The notes below the pieces were generated by a model. That model had not been told where the DNA came from, searched no databases, and saw only the letters and a list, made by a program, of their open reading frames with translations. A stretch of 64,000 nucleotides of DNA from IMG/VR virus record IMGVR_UViG_3300028840_003851, one strand, 5' to 3'. The position numbers and the translations under genes are program-made. Below, in pieces: positions 14,631 to 26,200 of the stretch. Each line of letters starts with the position of its first letter. Position 1 is the stretch's first letter. The DNA comes from a virus.

Positions 14631-17600
14631 CTACGGAATTGGGTCACCGTACTCAATCAAAGCTATTCTAGCAAGGTTCCTAAACATAAGCTCCCCGTCT
14701 ATTATCACCTGAGATGATGTTGGAGAGACAAACCCCCACCAGCGAACCAGACCTACGTTAAGCTGGTATGCAGTCGACGAGTCTAAAACCTGTCCTGGGT
14801 AGGGGACGGCCGAAGGTGGTGTCGACTTTATATAGAACGTTATGATTCCATTGTCTGCACCGTCGTACCCACAGTTGTTTCCCACAAGAATACCGCCCAA
14901 AGACGCCCCGCGAACAGCAGCTCCGTTTCTACCGAACAATATCTGTGTATGCGTTAGACCGCTGTTGTTGTCCTTTATCGTATTGTTAGTAATTACGAAA
15001 CAGTCCTTAAGCGCGGCACCTGGTGCGTACCACAACCCATACGAGCTGCAATTATGTATTATATTATCTTGTACACGTACATCTGTAATATACTGACCTC
15101 CAAGCTCCGACACTAGCGCCGCACCCACAAGGCAGTTGTCTATATCGCAGCCACGTATAGTAACTCCGGTGACATCGTCGTGTGCAGGGTCCAAGGATAA
15201 GAACACTCCAAGTCCAGGTACATTCTTGATTAATGAGTCATGAAGCTCGAATCCGTTAGCCTCATCTAGGGTACCAGAGAATATGTGTATAGCCGAACCG
15301 CTACCACCTGTTCCTAGCTGTCTAAACGTACAGTCCTTTAATACTAGACTGCCGTTGCTTACAGCCATCAGAGCAGCAATATCACATATTTCCGCATTAC
15401 CGGTACCGTCTATGACTAACCTAGATATGGACCCATTAGACCCGAACGGGGAATCCCCCGCTATAACCACTCTATAGTCAGGGTCAGCTGCTGCGGGGGC
15501 GAAATCATTAGCTATGTTCTCGATAAATATTCCATCTACGTCGTAAGACTTTGCTCCACCAAGCATGAGGTCACATGCGCTAACGCTGTCTCCCAGACGA
15601 CGTATAGTGCGGAAAAATGAGAGATTATTAATCACTAAATTATCCGCACTGATATAGAATGATGCTACTGTGGAAGATTTTCCTACACCTACCTCGGCGG
15701 CGAAGGTTCCATGAGGTACTGCAGTTGTGTATGTACCTGACTCAAACCCCCACTGTACATCTCGTATAGTTACCTTATTTGGTCTATACCCAGTGCTAGA
15801 GGCTTGCCACCCACCTACATATAGAGGCGCAATTTCGGTGTCTTGTCCGGGACATGTCCATCTACCGCCCTCAATCCTAAGATGGTTCAGTGTAAAAGCT
15901 GATGTCCCGTTAAACCCTCTAAGGTACAGCAGAATACTGTTCTGCGAGGCCCCGAACCAGTTTGCCTCTACTCTACAGCGCACGAACACTAGGTCGTGAA
16001 CAGTGAGTACCGGACCTATAGCAGGATGCTCAATGTCGACAGCCCCTACGTTCTCGCTAAGGTTACCTCCTACAGAGGAGCATCCGAACAACTTTAGCTG
16101 ACAATCTTCAAATACTACGTCGTTTACGTCGGCAGTATCCCCCAATCCAACGAGGTTCGTGCTTATGCGCATAGGAGGGTGCTCACCTGTCATAGTGAAG
16201 AAACACCCTTCTGCCTTTACCCCTGAGGTTACGACACCATCACTGCTTGGACGTATGTGCACTGCAGGACCGTACTGCTGTCTGAGTCGTGAGTCCTTTA
16301 GGTAGCATGCGTAGGTGTTGTAGTTAGTCAGCGTAGGGGCTACTTGAAGTGTTATATCGTACACATAAGACCGCTCTACCTTGACGAAGTTAGAAGCAGA
16401 GATACTCACAGCGCCTGCAACGGTGTTCTGCAGGTACAGGTCTCGTATCACTATACTATTTAGGGATATGTTCCCATTCAGGAAGACAATAGAGGATGTA
16501 CCCATACCCTCCAGCACTAGGTTAGACGGGATAGAGGACGTGTGGAAGGAGTTGTACACACCTTCCTTTACTTGTATGTGCAGTATAGTAGCAGGAGACC
16601 CTAGCCCGCTAAAGGCGGATAGAACCTCCGTGATGGCGGATGCTCCATTGAAGTCTCCAAAGCTGTTTACCCCATCACCCACGGTAACCTTGAACTTGGC
16701 GTTTAATAGCCGCATAAGGCTGGGTCGGATGCCTATTGTGCTTGGGTCAGACTCTATAAGTCTAGGGAACCTTGCTCCGTCAGACGCCAACCCCTCAGTA
16801 AGAGGAACAGGGCGTGGGGAGGCCATCATAAGCGTGTTGACATCTTGAAAACGTATCGTAAAGTCAGACGACCAGCAAGACGGTACAAATCCGCTTGTCT
16901 CCCTTACGCTGAAGATGTTGCTACCGCCTGAGAAGGCTACGTTAAATACCCCTCCATCCACAAAATCTGCGTTAGTATCTACCTCTACATCAATGAAGTT
17001 ATGCCCTATAAACGCTAGGGGATTAGAGCCGGATGGTGTCTCTATCTTAGTGAGCTGTATCGCGTCAACAGCCCCATCCCCTCCAACGCGCCTGAACGCC
17101 TCCAGTAGGACGCGCAAAACCTCTCCAGGTATTAGATGAGCAGACCTGATAGACTCCCCCAACAGCCCACTAAGAGTAGGAGGAGTACCGGTAGATATCC
17201 CAGCAAAGCTAGAGCGTTCTCCGTAGATGACTCTGTACTGAACTCCGGCCGGTATCGGGGTATTGAAGAAGATGCGAGGGTTTGTCTGGAACCCGTTCCC
17301 TACGACAGGCAGACCTCCGCCATCGTCAACAGCGTTAACGTACACCCGGATGCCCGTAGATAGAACCAGCTCGTGCATTGTATTGGGGTCTACGACGCTG
17401 AACAGCCTACCGTGCGTCTCTAGCGTGTCTGGTGTCCCAGCCTCCCCGACGAACACCTCTCCGGTGATGGTAGTGTTGTTGATTCCGAAGAGAGGAGTAC
17501 TATCCCTGTACGTTACCTTGGGGATGCTGCTACTCAGAATGTTGTCTAGGAAGTCTGTGTTCTCTGCTAAAGCCCTATGTGCCCTGTTTCCATACAGAGA

Positions 17601-17780
17601 CTCCGCGTCCTCACCGAAGTCTATGAAGTAGGTCCCAGGGAAGCTACCGCCTGCCTTAGCTCCATCTGCCGGTGCTTGAGAGAACGGTGCTGCCGGGTCG
17701 TTGTTGATGTAGTCGTACCCTACGGGGGGCCAAGGAACAGGTAGGTAGTAGGTCGGCGTGGTTAGTCTGTGAAACGGCAT
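14631..17780 (-). CDS. Tailspike/fibre with a right-handed beta-helix (pectate-lyase-like) domain (1049 aa)
   Basis: N-terminal anchor (NRAHRALAENTDFLD); VTVGDGVNSFGDFNG and IQVKEGVY at the start of the beta-helix; I.DN.I.NC...G rung repeats. Confidence 0.8.
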   Translation of the reverse strand: MPFHRLTTPTYYLPVPWPPVGYDYINNDPAAPFSQAPADGAKAGGSFPGTYFIDFGEDAESLYGNRAHRALAENTDFLDNILSSSIPKVTYRDSTPLFGINNTTITGEVFVGEAGTPDTLETHGRLFSVVDPNTMHELVLSTGIRVYVNAVDDGGGLPVVGNGFQTNPRIFFNTPIPAGVQYRVIYGERSSFAGISTGTPPTLSGLLGESIRSAHLIPGEVLRVLLEAFRRVGGDGAVDAIQLTKIETPSGSNPLAFIGHNFIDVEVDTNADFVDGGVFNVAFSGGSNIFSVRETSGFVPSCWSSDFTIRFQDVNTLMMASPRPVPLTEGLASDGARFPRLIESDPSTIGIRPSLMRLLNAKFKVTVGDGVNSFGDFNGASAITEVLSAFSGLGSPATILHIQVKEGVYNSFHTSSIPSNLVLEGMGTSSIVFLNGNISLNSIVIRDLYLQNTVAGAVSISASNFVKVERSYVYDITLQVAPTLTNYNTYACYLKDSRLRQQYGPAVHIRPSSDGVVTSGVKAEGCFFTMTGEHPPMRISTNLVGLGDTADVNDVVFEDCQLKLFGCSSVGGNLSENVGAVDIEHPAIGPVLTVHDLVFVRCRVEANWFGASQNSILLYLRGFNGTSAFTLNHLRIEGGRWTCPGQDTEIAPLYVGGWQASSTGYRPNKVTIRDVQWGFESGTYTTAVPHGTFAAEVGVGKSSTVASFYISADNLVINNLSFFRTIRRLGDSVSACDLMLGGAKSYDVDGIFIENIANDFAPAAADPDYRVVIAGDSPFGSNGSISRLVIDGTGNAEICDIAALMAVSNGSLVLKDCTFRQLGTGGSGSAIHIFSGTLDEANGFELHDSLIKNVPGLGVFLSLDPAHDDVTGVTIRGCDIDNCLVGAALVSELGGQYITDVRVQDNIIHNCSSYGLWYAPGAALKDCFVITNNTIKDNNSGLTHTQILFGRNGAAVRGASLGGILVGNNCGYDGADNGIITFYIKSTPPSAVPYPGQVLDSSTAYQLNVGLVRWWGFVSPTSSQVIIDGELMFRNLARIALIEYGDPIP

Positions 17781-17789
17781 CCTCGGCTC

Positions 17790-18428
17790 CTAGAACTGGA
17801 AGGTCCAGCGTACCTCAATCTCGATTGCGGAGGTCTTGCTTATTGTATCAACAGTGTCGTACGCAACCATGTACCCCGCGTTGTACTGAAAAGCTGGGTT
17901 TGCTGCAGCCGTGAACAGCCCAAGCTCAGAGATGGGCACGGTGAGGTAGGGCCCATAGCTAATCTCCAGCTGCGTGAATACCCTAAAGAACGTCACTGAC
18001 TGTGGCGTGGGCCATGTAGGAGGGGCGGCTACCTGACCTATCCACTCGTCTGTTCCGATAGGAGGTCCCCCTCCAGGGTCACCGGTGACCCTTACCGGTC
18101 TCTCCAGCTGAGACACCGTAGGTAGCAAGTCTGTCTGGTTGTTCGTACCAGGGTAGTCAGCCAGCAGTGCCCCCGAGTTAGCTGTAGGAAGGGCGAGCTG
18201 CCTTGTACCTCCTATGCCCAGCCCCATGTACTTGATGCGGTCGTCCCTCTGCGTAGTCTCCGGGAAAAAGCTTATGTACGCAATAAGCTCGGCCAGCCAC
18301 TGTCTACCGACATCCAGGAAGATGTTGTGTCCCTCTCTTCGGTCCACTATCTTCCCTCGCTCTCTAGCTACCAGAGTGAGGTTCTGCTTAACCTCGATGT
18401 CATCCTTCAGGTTTATTAGACCCTTCAT
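17790..18428 (-). CDS. Baseplate/fibre-attachment-type structural protein, paralogue 1
   Basis: RERGKIVDRREGHNIFLDVGRQWL...YMGLGIGG...ISELGLF...EIEVRWTFQF. Confidence 0.6.
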   Translation of the reverse strand: MKGLINLKDDIEVKQNLTLVARERGKIVDRREGHNIFLDVGRQWLAELIAYISFFPETTQRDDRIKYMGLGIGGTRQLALPTANSGALLADYPGTNNQTDLLPTVSQLERPVRVTGDPGGGPPIGTDEWIGQVAAPPTWPTPQSVTFFRVFTQLEISYGPYLTVPISELGLFTAAANPAFQYNAGYMVAYDTVDTISKTSAIEIEVRWTFQF

Positions 18429-19088
18429 CTAGAACCTCACGTGCCAGATTATCTCTAGCGTATGTGCCGTAGTCATGATTACTGCGGGGAAGTTATGGTA
18501 CGCGAATAGAGTGTTTCCGTAGGGAAACCCAGTAGGGTTAAGAGAGAAGTTGTTGTATAACCCCGCCTCTGAGATGGGCATCTCAGTGAACGTACCGTAA
18601 ACGACATGCCCTAAAGACCCATCCAGTATAATTCTGTATGCCGTGGAGTACGGAGTTGGATGGGTGATTATGCCGCCATACGGCCACCCAGGGGCCATGT
18701 CTACCAACCACTCGTCTATCAGAGTAGGTACAGAGTACGGATTCTGAGAGCCGAACACACGTACAGGAAGCTCTAGTGTGGTTATTGTAGGGGATATAGG
18801 GCAGTAGTCCTTGTACTCAAAACCTGACGTACCGTGCGGGTCAAACCCTACGGGGTACGCAAGAGATATCGGGGGAGATGTTACCATCGCCTGCTCAGTT
18901 TGCTCTATACCGCCTATACCTACCCCCATGTAGCGTATGCTCCTGGGGTCCGCGGGTACGTCTCCTGGCAGTAGACTTATATAGTTAGACAGCCACTGTC
19001 TACCGAGGTCTACAAAAACATTGTGACCTTCTCTCCTGGCTACTATCTTTCCCCTCTCGCGAAGGGTGATGAACACATTAGCTTTCAC
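18429..19088 (-). CDS. Baseplate/fibre-attachment-type structural protein, paralogue 2
   Basis: RERGKIVARREGHNVFVDLGRQWL...YMGVGIGG...ISEAGLY...LEIIWHVRF. Start set at GTG 19088, overlapping the upstream TGA. Confidence 0.6.
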   Translation of the reverse strand: MKANVFITLRERGKIVARREGHNVFVDLGRQWLSNYISLLPGDVPADPRSIRYMGVGIGGIEQTEQAMVTSPPISLAYPVGFDPHGTSGFEYKDYCPISPTITTLELPVRVFGSQNPYSVPTLIDEWLVDMAPGWPYGGIITHPTPYSTAYRIILDGSLGHVVYGTFTEMPISEAGLYNNFSLNPTGFPYGNTLFAYHNFPAVIMTTAHTLEIIWHVRF

Positions 19089-22000
19089 ATCGGCCCCAAA
19101 GAGTAGCTGTACAGCCCGGCAGGTATTACTAGACCGTACTTCTGCCACCAATATACAGGATTATTGAGCGCGTCCCTCTCCTCCTGAACTACCGCTATAC
19201 GCACTCTAGTCCATGGAGGGGCCGGGTCTCCTGTAGTTTCATACAACCTTACATCTACTGTATCGGCAGCTTTAATGGATAAAGCTAAGGCCGCGTGAAG
19301 CTCAGTGTTAGGATTCTGAGCATCAAACGGTATAGATGCAGCCAAAAACCCGCCTATATTTACCTCAACCACGTAGCCATTCGATGCGCCAACGATACCG
19401 TACACCAAGAGGTCCAAGCGCACTAGCTCACCTTCAAAGGGGGATATCGAAGGACCCAGAGACAGCGGGAGCACGGGAGCTGGGTCTAGGAATACGTGAG
19501 TCGTGCTTACTGGGTCGTTCGGAGGGAACTCAGAGGCCGGGGTTATCAAAGTAGGCGCTGCAAACGTCACTGTGACGTTTGCGTATATCGGGTCGTCAGG
19601 GCACAGATACGCTTTGTCGTACCCCCAAAGAATCTCGGCATCAGGCACAGGAGCAACAGGCGGAGGGTCGTTCGGGTCCGGGTTTGAATCGTACTGGTTG
19701 CGCCACCCGCCCCCTCCGCATCTGGGGTCATCCCACGTAAGCCCTATGCCCAACCACTTAGAGCCGTCACACGGGACATCCGTTACTATTACAGTTACAG
19801 ATGCCTCCGTCTGGTCTGTGACGTCTATCTCGGAGTCCTCCGCCGCCAACAGCACTACTAGCTTTGGGTACGTGTACTTGGGCTTAACACGTAGCACGAA
19901 CTCGTGTGCGAATATCAGAGCAGACAGGTTAAACACCGTACTGTCCACCCTGAGCATGAACCTAAAGAACTTCTCTATCTCCCTTAGGTGGCCCTGGTTA
20001 AGGTACCCAACAAACCAGTCTGGGTCGTTAACGTAGTCCAGTATCTCGGCACCGGTCACAAGGGGGGCGAACTGCGGTACCTCATCCCCCTCTGTCCACC
20101 TCTCCCCCGTGGAGAAGTCTACCTCCATCTCTAGGTCTCTAGGGAAGGTATACGACCTTACTATCTCCGGATTGGCGGTATCTCGTATTAGAATCCTGCC
20201 CTCATTGGGGGAGAAGTCTGTTCGTATCTCCTCAATAGTACCTGTCTCCTCTGCGAACGGGAGCCCAAGTAGAATCTGCACCCCTACACGCAGGTTGTAC
20301 AAGGTGGGAGAGTGGGAGTAGGCGTACCATAAACCTCTAACGGCAGACAGATAGTCAACGCCGCTTGAAAGGGTGTCTAGGTCGTCTAGAGTAAAGCTTA
20401 CAGGAATTCCGAAGTTTGCCTCTATGCGCTCGCTGTTGTCTAGATAGCTGTACTCAGCCCAAAGACGGTCAGGAGGCGTCTCTCCTTCCCAAACGTCCAG
20501 ACCGTTAACATCTGCTACAAATCGTATACAGGGGACATCCCTAAAGGTGTCTAGGTAGAAATCTAGATTGCGCCTAAGAACCTCTGCCTCATCCTCTATC
20601 ACTATCTTGTCGCGCAACGTCGGTACGTCTACAACTAGCTCTGAGCGCGGAATGTACCTCCTCCGCACAACCTTAGCTAGACGCACCCTGTACTCATCTG
20701 GTCTGTACAGATACGCTCCTAGGGGTGTCGGGTCAACCTGCACCTCCTCCGGAACACCCTCGCACACCCCTAGCACTGTAGTGTGTACAATCTCGTATTC
20801 CTGTGCGGCGGGGGCGAGGTCTGGGTCTATTCCTAGGACCTCAAAGTATACGTGGTCCCCCACCGTAACCAGCCCTTTGTAGAAGTCCAACAGCTCCGAA
20901 CGCGTGGCCGCACCTATGGACCACTCAGTACCCACAGTAACAGGGAGAGCGTCTTTTAGCGTAATACGTTGGTACGCTAGAGGGTCTGATGCGTCATCTT
21001 GAACGCGTAGAATACGGTACCCAATACCACCAACAAGGAGAACGTCGTTCTCCTGAACTCCCAGACCCTCTAATGAGATGCTGGTACGGTATGTTCTCTC
21101 CGCTACGCCCGCCCCAGAGGAGCCTTTCGGGTAGATGCTTGACGAGCGAGGCAGGATAGAGCTGGGTATGGTACTAGTAGCCTCCACTGTGAACGGGAAC
21201 GGGGCGTATATTCTGACGTACCCGTCGTAAGGAGCGGGGGCAGAGCTCCTGTCCACCACAGGCTGTATTGTGAAACCGTACCTAGCCAGCGCTCCTACGA
21301 GCTCATTTACAAGCTCTCCGTAGGTAAATGGGTCCGGTCCTGTGAACGTGTAGGATACCTCCTGTCCCAGAAAAGACAGGACTATAGTAGACGCAGACAC
21401 GCCAGCTACTCCTGCAGAGGGAATCAGAGAGGTGGTGACACCCTCCCACAGCGCTCTTATCTGGGTCAGCTCTGGTAGCGGTTCGGCCAGTAGGGGGTCA
21501 TAGTGCAGCCACCTGCGCACGAACTGTCGCTGGATGTCCCTTAAAGACTTTGAGTAGTCTATCTGCCACAGCGTGTACAGCTCCGATGCTGTCACCTGTG
21601 CAAGGGCAGACCAGAAGGTTGCAATAGGCTCCTTCTCCTCGACAAGCCTCCAAAAGTCACCAAGGTACGACCAGATAAAGGATAAGTCTGGAGTGCATCC
21701 TCTAGGAAGCGGAGACTCTAGAACGTTTACAATGGTCTGACTGGCCTCAGAGTAGTTCTGGCCATCGAACACGGTAAGCTCAAAGGAGTAGAACCCAGGC
21801 TTGTCCGGTAGGAATGTTGGATGTACCTCAGTGGCGTCACGCACGCCTCGTTGCCTTAACACCTTAAAGGACACGCCGCTGCTAACCGTCATATCCGCTT
21901 GCGATGGAGGTACGGTCATGTACACATCACCACCTACTACGCCCACAGTGTCTACAACCCGCGCTATTCCGTTAAGCTGTATGATGTCTCCGGGAAGAAC

Positions 22001-22915
22001 AGGGTCTGTGGTGTGTGGGATAGACAGCTCTGTAGACCTTATCTCATCTGCGGCTACGATATTACCGTCGTTAAGCTCTAATGCATTCTCACTTCCGATA
22101 GGAGCGTCTGTAAGGTGCCACTCGTACGCAAGAGGAGCTCCCTCTGGGTCGAACGAGGCAGAACCATCTAGCTCTACAATGCTGCACGACCTGACCGCCT
22201 GGTCATCCCCTGCGTCAGCGATAGGTATTACGTTAGGTATCAGCACCGCATCAGTCATCTGTATTCGGTCTAGGTACACTAACGCCTCGGACCCGTACTC
22301 TCCACACACACTAACTACCGTTCGGTCCACGGCAGAGAACGCCAAGATGTCAGCGTCTATCAACGGCATCACAGCTCTAAGCTGGTAGGTGGGCAGCTCG
22401 CTCTTAGGGGTTACAAATATATACGCCGCATTGATGATGGTGCTCACCGCCATGCGGATGTTGAGCATCAAGCCCTCCTTGATGTACTCGTAGCTCCCAG
22501 GAATAATCTGAGTGGCGCTGCCTACGCTCATAAGCTGCGAGGCGTCGTGAATCACGCCTCCGCCGTACATCATACCTACCTTAGACAAGAACAGTCCGGC
22601 ACACGCCCCTGTAGCATTCAGGGCTCCCACGAATACGTGCTGCGTGGTGACGTGCGTGAAGTCTACCGGCAACGACGCTGTGTAAATGTTCCACTCAAGC
22701 GTGAACTCAGGCTCTACGGCAAGTCCTATGTAGATGTAGGCACTTCCCGGGTCACCCGTAGGACCTGGAACCTGTATAGCTAGGTCATCAGCGTAGGGTG
22801 GGGGTCCACCGTAGAAGTGATTACCTGGGCTTGTAGTTACAGAAGGCCCTCCCGGCAGATTTATAATCTGCGTCGCAGGGGGGTAGGTACCGTCGTAGTA
22901 GTCGTATGCGGCCAT
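19085..22915 (-). CDS. Large baseplate-wedge-type protein with a PKD/K319L-like Ig domain (1276 aa)
   Basis: PIADAGDDQAV...VELDGSASFDPEGAPLAYEW...FLPDKPGFYSFELTVFDG; adjacent to the baseplate J-like gene. Confidence 0.65.
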   Translation of the reverse strand: MAAYDYYDGTYPPATQIINLPGGPSVTTSPGNHFYGGPPPYADDLAIQVPGPTGDPGSAYIYIGLAVEPEFTLEWNIYTASLPVDFTHVTTQHVFVGALNATGACAGLFLSKVGMMYGGGVIHDASQLMSVGSATQIIPGSYEYIKEGLMLNIRMAVSTIINAAYIFVTPKSELPTYQLRAVMPLIDADILAFSAVDRTVVSVCGEYGSEALVYLDRIQMTDAVLIPNVIPIADAGDDQAVRSCSIVELDGSASFDPEGAPLAYEWHLTDAPIGSENALELNDGNIVAADEIRSTELSIPHTTDPVLPGDIIQLNGIARVVDTVGVVGGDVYMTVPPSQADMTVSSGVSFKVLRQRGVRDATEVHPTFLPDKPGFYSFELTVFDGQNYSEASQTIVNVLESPLPRGCTPDLSFIWSYLGDFWRLVEEKEPIATFWSALAQVTASELYTLWQIDYSKSLRDIQRQFVRRWLHYDPLLAEPLPELTQIRALWEGVTTSLIPSAGVAGVSASTIVLSFLGQEVSYTFTGPDPFTYGELVNELVGALARYGFTIQPVVDRSSAPAPYDGYVRIYAPFPFTVEATSTIPSSILPRSSSIYPKGSSGAGVAERTYRTSISLEGLGVQENDVLLVGGIGYRILRVQDDASDPLAYQRITLKDALPVTVGTEWSIGAATRSELLDFYKGLVTVGDHVYFEVLGIDPDLAPAAQEYEIVHTTVLGVCEGVPEEVQVDPTPLGAYLYRPDEYRVRLAKVVRRRYIPRSELVVDVPTLRDKIVIEDEAEVLRRNLDFYLDTFRDVPCIRFVADVNGLDVWEGETPPDRLWAEYSYLDNSERIEANFGIPVSFTLDDLDTLSSGVDYLSAVRGLWYAYSHSPTLYNLRVGVQILLGLPFAEETGTIEEIRTDFSPNEGRILIRDTANPEIVRSYTFPRDLEMEVDFSTGERWTEGDEVPQFAPLVTGAEILDYVNDPDWFVGYLNQGHLREIEKFFRFMLRVDSTVFNLSALIFAHEFVLRVKPKYTYPKLVVLLAAEDSEIDVTDQTEASVTVIVTDVPCDGSKWLGIGLTWDDPRCGGGGWRNQYDSNPDPNDPPPVAPVPDAEILWGYDKAYLCPDDPIYANVTVTFAAPTLITPASEFPPNDPVSTTHVFLDPAPVLPLSLGPSISPFEGELVRLDLLVYGIVGASNGYVVEVNIGGFLAASIPFDAQNPNTELHAALALSIKAADTVDVRLYETTGDPAPPWTRVRIAVVQEERDALNNPVYWWQKYGLVIPAGLYSYSLGPM

Positions 22916-22952
22916 CTTTGACTTTCTTCCTCTACAAGCCTATCTTTTCCTC

Positions 22953-23267
22953 ATGCCAGTTTACACCGAGCTAGACCCTGTTCTTGTCTGGAAGGCGATA
23001 GAGGGAGTGGAGAATGCGCTTGAGGGGCCTGCCAAGTCTCAAGAGACCTTCTACCGACAGTTTGAGTGTCCCCGTTGCCGCGTCCCACTGCAAAAAGAGT
23101 TCGACTCTCGGCACGCGTTCGCCGACGACACCAGTGTTGTAGCTAGAGCTCTTCTTCGTTGCACTCACTGTCAATACCTCATAGACCCGCACACTAGCGT
23201 CGTTCTGGAGTTTGGAGATGCCTCAAAGATACCTCATGACATAATCCCTATTGTAGGAAAAGATTAG
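22953..23267 (+). CDS. Zn-ribbon protein (104 aa), antisense to the surrounding operon
   Basis: CPRC and CTHC motifs; fills the gap between two minus-strand genes exactly, with a 4-nt convergent stop overlap. Confidence 0.7.
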   Translation: MPVYTELDPVLVWKAIEGVENALEGPAKSQETFYRQFECPRCRVPLQKEFDSRHAFADDTSVVARALLRCTHCQYLIDPHTSVVLEFGDASKIPHDIIPIVGKD

Positions 23268-26200
23268 CTCACATCTCTCACGATGTTAAGAACATCTGGT
23301 ATGAACGTGCACAGTCTACTGTCTGTACCTATAGCATCCTGCGACCTTCGCGCTGTAACCGTTCTATCGGCCTCATGAACTATAGCGATAAGGTCTAGCG
23401 GATTGTCTATGTCTGTAGCTCCTCTGTCCAAGAATATCTTCTGCACGTTACTACTGCTAAGCGTGTCCTCCGGGTACAGCTTGGTGATGTAATCCTCAAG
23501 CTCTGGCTGCACAACATCTACCTTAGAGCCCCCAGTGTACGTCACGTCCATCCGCACAAAGTAGGGAGACAGATATCGAGCAAGGGGGCTTGAGCACACT
23601 ACTCTCTCTATGTCTGAGCTGATGTAGCTCTGAACACTATCTACTACAGGAGCTCTGTCGTAGCTAACCTGCAGGTTCTGCCCGGTAATTTGGATGGCAT
23701 TAGATGGGTCATCATCTACACCGTCCGGGAGTATTGTTCTAGACACAATTATCTTTACGGTCTCTACACCCGAGAACGATAGGTTGCTATCCTCCGTTGT
23801 CAGGTACCACCCTTCAGACCTGTACCCCTCAGCACTCATCTGCACGTCTGCTGCTAGATTCCAGATATCCCCTGTCCCCTCCGACACAAGCTCTACGTCA
23901 AAGTAGTAGAGCCCTGCCTCAGCCTCGTTGTCACCCATGTCCGTTGTAGTGATTCTCTGAGCTCCTGGTCTGAGAATCTGGTAGCTCTGCCGGGGGTAGC
24001 TAGGACCTGGGTAGTTAGCTGTAAAGTTGGCATCGATGGGTATCGGAGCGTCTGCTTGGAGCGTAGTCGTGGCCGTGGAAAGTATTCTGTACGTACCGTA
24101 GCTTGGTGACCTGTTGCTCCTTTGGACGCTGTTACCTGTAGGGTTCGGTCCTGCAGTGTGAAACGACAATGGAGGAGCTGTACCAGCTATATCCCCTAGT
24201 ATTAGCTCGTTGGCTGTCCCCGTCTCACTTATCGTTATCAGCATGTCTGCTTCAAACTCTAGAGTGTCCGTCCCTGTAAGAGAGCACACATCATCGCCGA
24301 ACGAGGCGTTAATCTGCGACACAATCCCTTCTCTACTCACATCCGTAGGAGCCAGAGCTGGGTCATCACGGACAAACGTAACAGTCTTCCAAGGACCGTT
24401 GTCTACAGAGTACGTTAAGGTTGTACCGGAGGCGTTAGCCACCGGCACCCCTGACGGCATCACAACGGTACCAGCTAAAGGCCAGTACAGCAGCAACAGG
24501 TCGTCCCCGGCATGTACTCTAGACAGATTGAAGTCCTGAGACAGGGATGTCAGCGTAGGCGAGCCTGTCGTTGTCTCCCCGTCCCTCACAGGGACATCAC
24601 CAGGTAATGGTGGTATTAGCTGTGTGCTTAGCGATGGGTCAGGAAGGTACCTTACATCCCCGTACGCTGTTGACGCCGTGAAGTACGTGTCGGAGTCTAC
24701 CTCTATTGTAGTGGGCTCTAAAAAGTACATCCTTGCAGAGCCTATAGAGCGCGCCCCTATCTGAACATGCACGTTGAGCTCAGGGGACAGAGCCGTAGCA
24801 TTGCTCAAGGTCGGAGTGTCCTCCGCTAGAATAAGCGCTTTAGATGGGTCTGCCGTCCCTAACGGTGACGTCCAGTCAACTACGTAAGGAATAGGGTAGA
24901 ACCCCACCTGATTACCGTCTAGAACCTGTATTACATCTAGACCTGTAGCCAGGTCCACATCTGGGTCTAAGCTGTCCCACCCTGCAGAGGCGTTAGAAGA
25001 CCGTATGTCACATGAGGTCCTAACGTCGGTATCCCCGAACACGGCGGTCATCGCTGTACCCCCAGTAATGGCCACTCTTCCGCCATTACCGAACGGCCTG
25101 ATGCCGAAGTGGGTGCTGTCTAGCTCCACCGCTACAGGACCGCTAGAGAACGGTAACAGCATCGTGTTCAACGTGTTAACTACCGAAGCTATATCTGCCT
25201 CTCCTGAGAACGTAACAACAACAGTAGAAAAGTAAAAATTGTAGACGAACAGCGTACCCACGAGCGGGAACGTGATGCTTCCAGATACCAGCCCGAGAGA
25301 CACGTCTACCCAATCATGCTTCACGCCCCTAGCCGGGTTTTGAAAGGAGCGTGATTGAATGTCTACAGGCTTAGCGTACGGTACTGTAGTTCCTTGCGGC
25401 TGATTACCACTATCTAGCAGCTCTACTGATGTAACCCTGACTAGAGGCAGGTCGATGCTTCCTGCAACATTAGGGGTATAGACGGTGTATGACACACCTG
25501 TCTCTGTGAACGTCATCTCCGCATCTAGCTCTAAAGACGTGAACCCAGGAGCTATAGGGTCTGCGGTGAGCGTGTACTCCCCCGCATCCTGCCCCTCTAG
25601 AATCTGCACAACGTCTCCCTCTGCCACGCCTAGAGCGTCGAAGTCTGTACCTGAAGATGTTGTGACGTAGACGGAGCCTTGTATCTTGCTCAGGTCGTTT
25701 CCCGATACCTTGGTATGCCTCGGGCCTGTGAGCTCTATTGTAAGCTCGTCAACCAGCCTCCACCTGGAAGGACCGCTGGTAGGGTTCGGAAGGTCAGGTG
25801 TCAGATATAGAACAGGGGACAGCCCAACCGTCTGCGTTACGCTCAGAACTCTGTAGCTGCCCGCGTTTGTACCTGTCTCTATCTGAAGTGTGTATCCTCT
25901 AGCTCCCGCCTCCTCTATGGCTGTGTACACAGAGTCCCCCTCGAAGTAGGTCGCATTCAACACTATATCTGTTAGCGTTACCTGGTTAGGGGCGACCTCT
26001 GCTGCCGACAAACCACTGACGGCTGGCTCGTCGTCTATTACCTCTGTGAGGACTAGCGACGTGCTCTCCAGCTCTGTAGCCCTGAGGTATACATCGTACG
26101 TGCCTCCTATATGTATCTCGTCGGGCTCTATAGTTACGGTACCGTATGGGCTGTCTGGGTATAGAATCCCACCAGGTATGCCAGACAACGTGAGCTCCTT

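Noticed and set aside
1062-17780. Diversity-generating retroelement acting on fibre genes
   Set aside because: No reverse transcriptase, and no template/variable repeat pair differing only at adenines was seen by eye.
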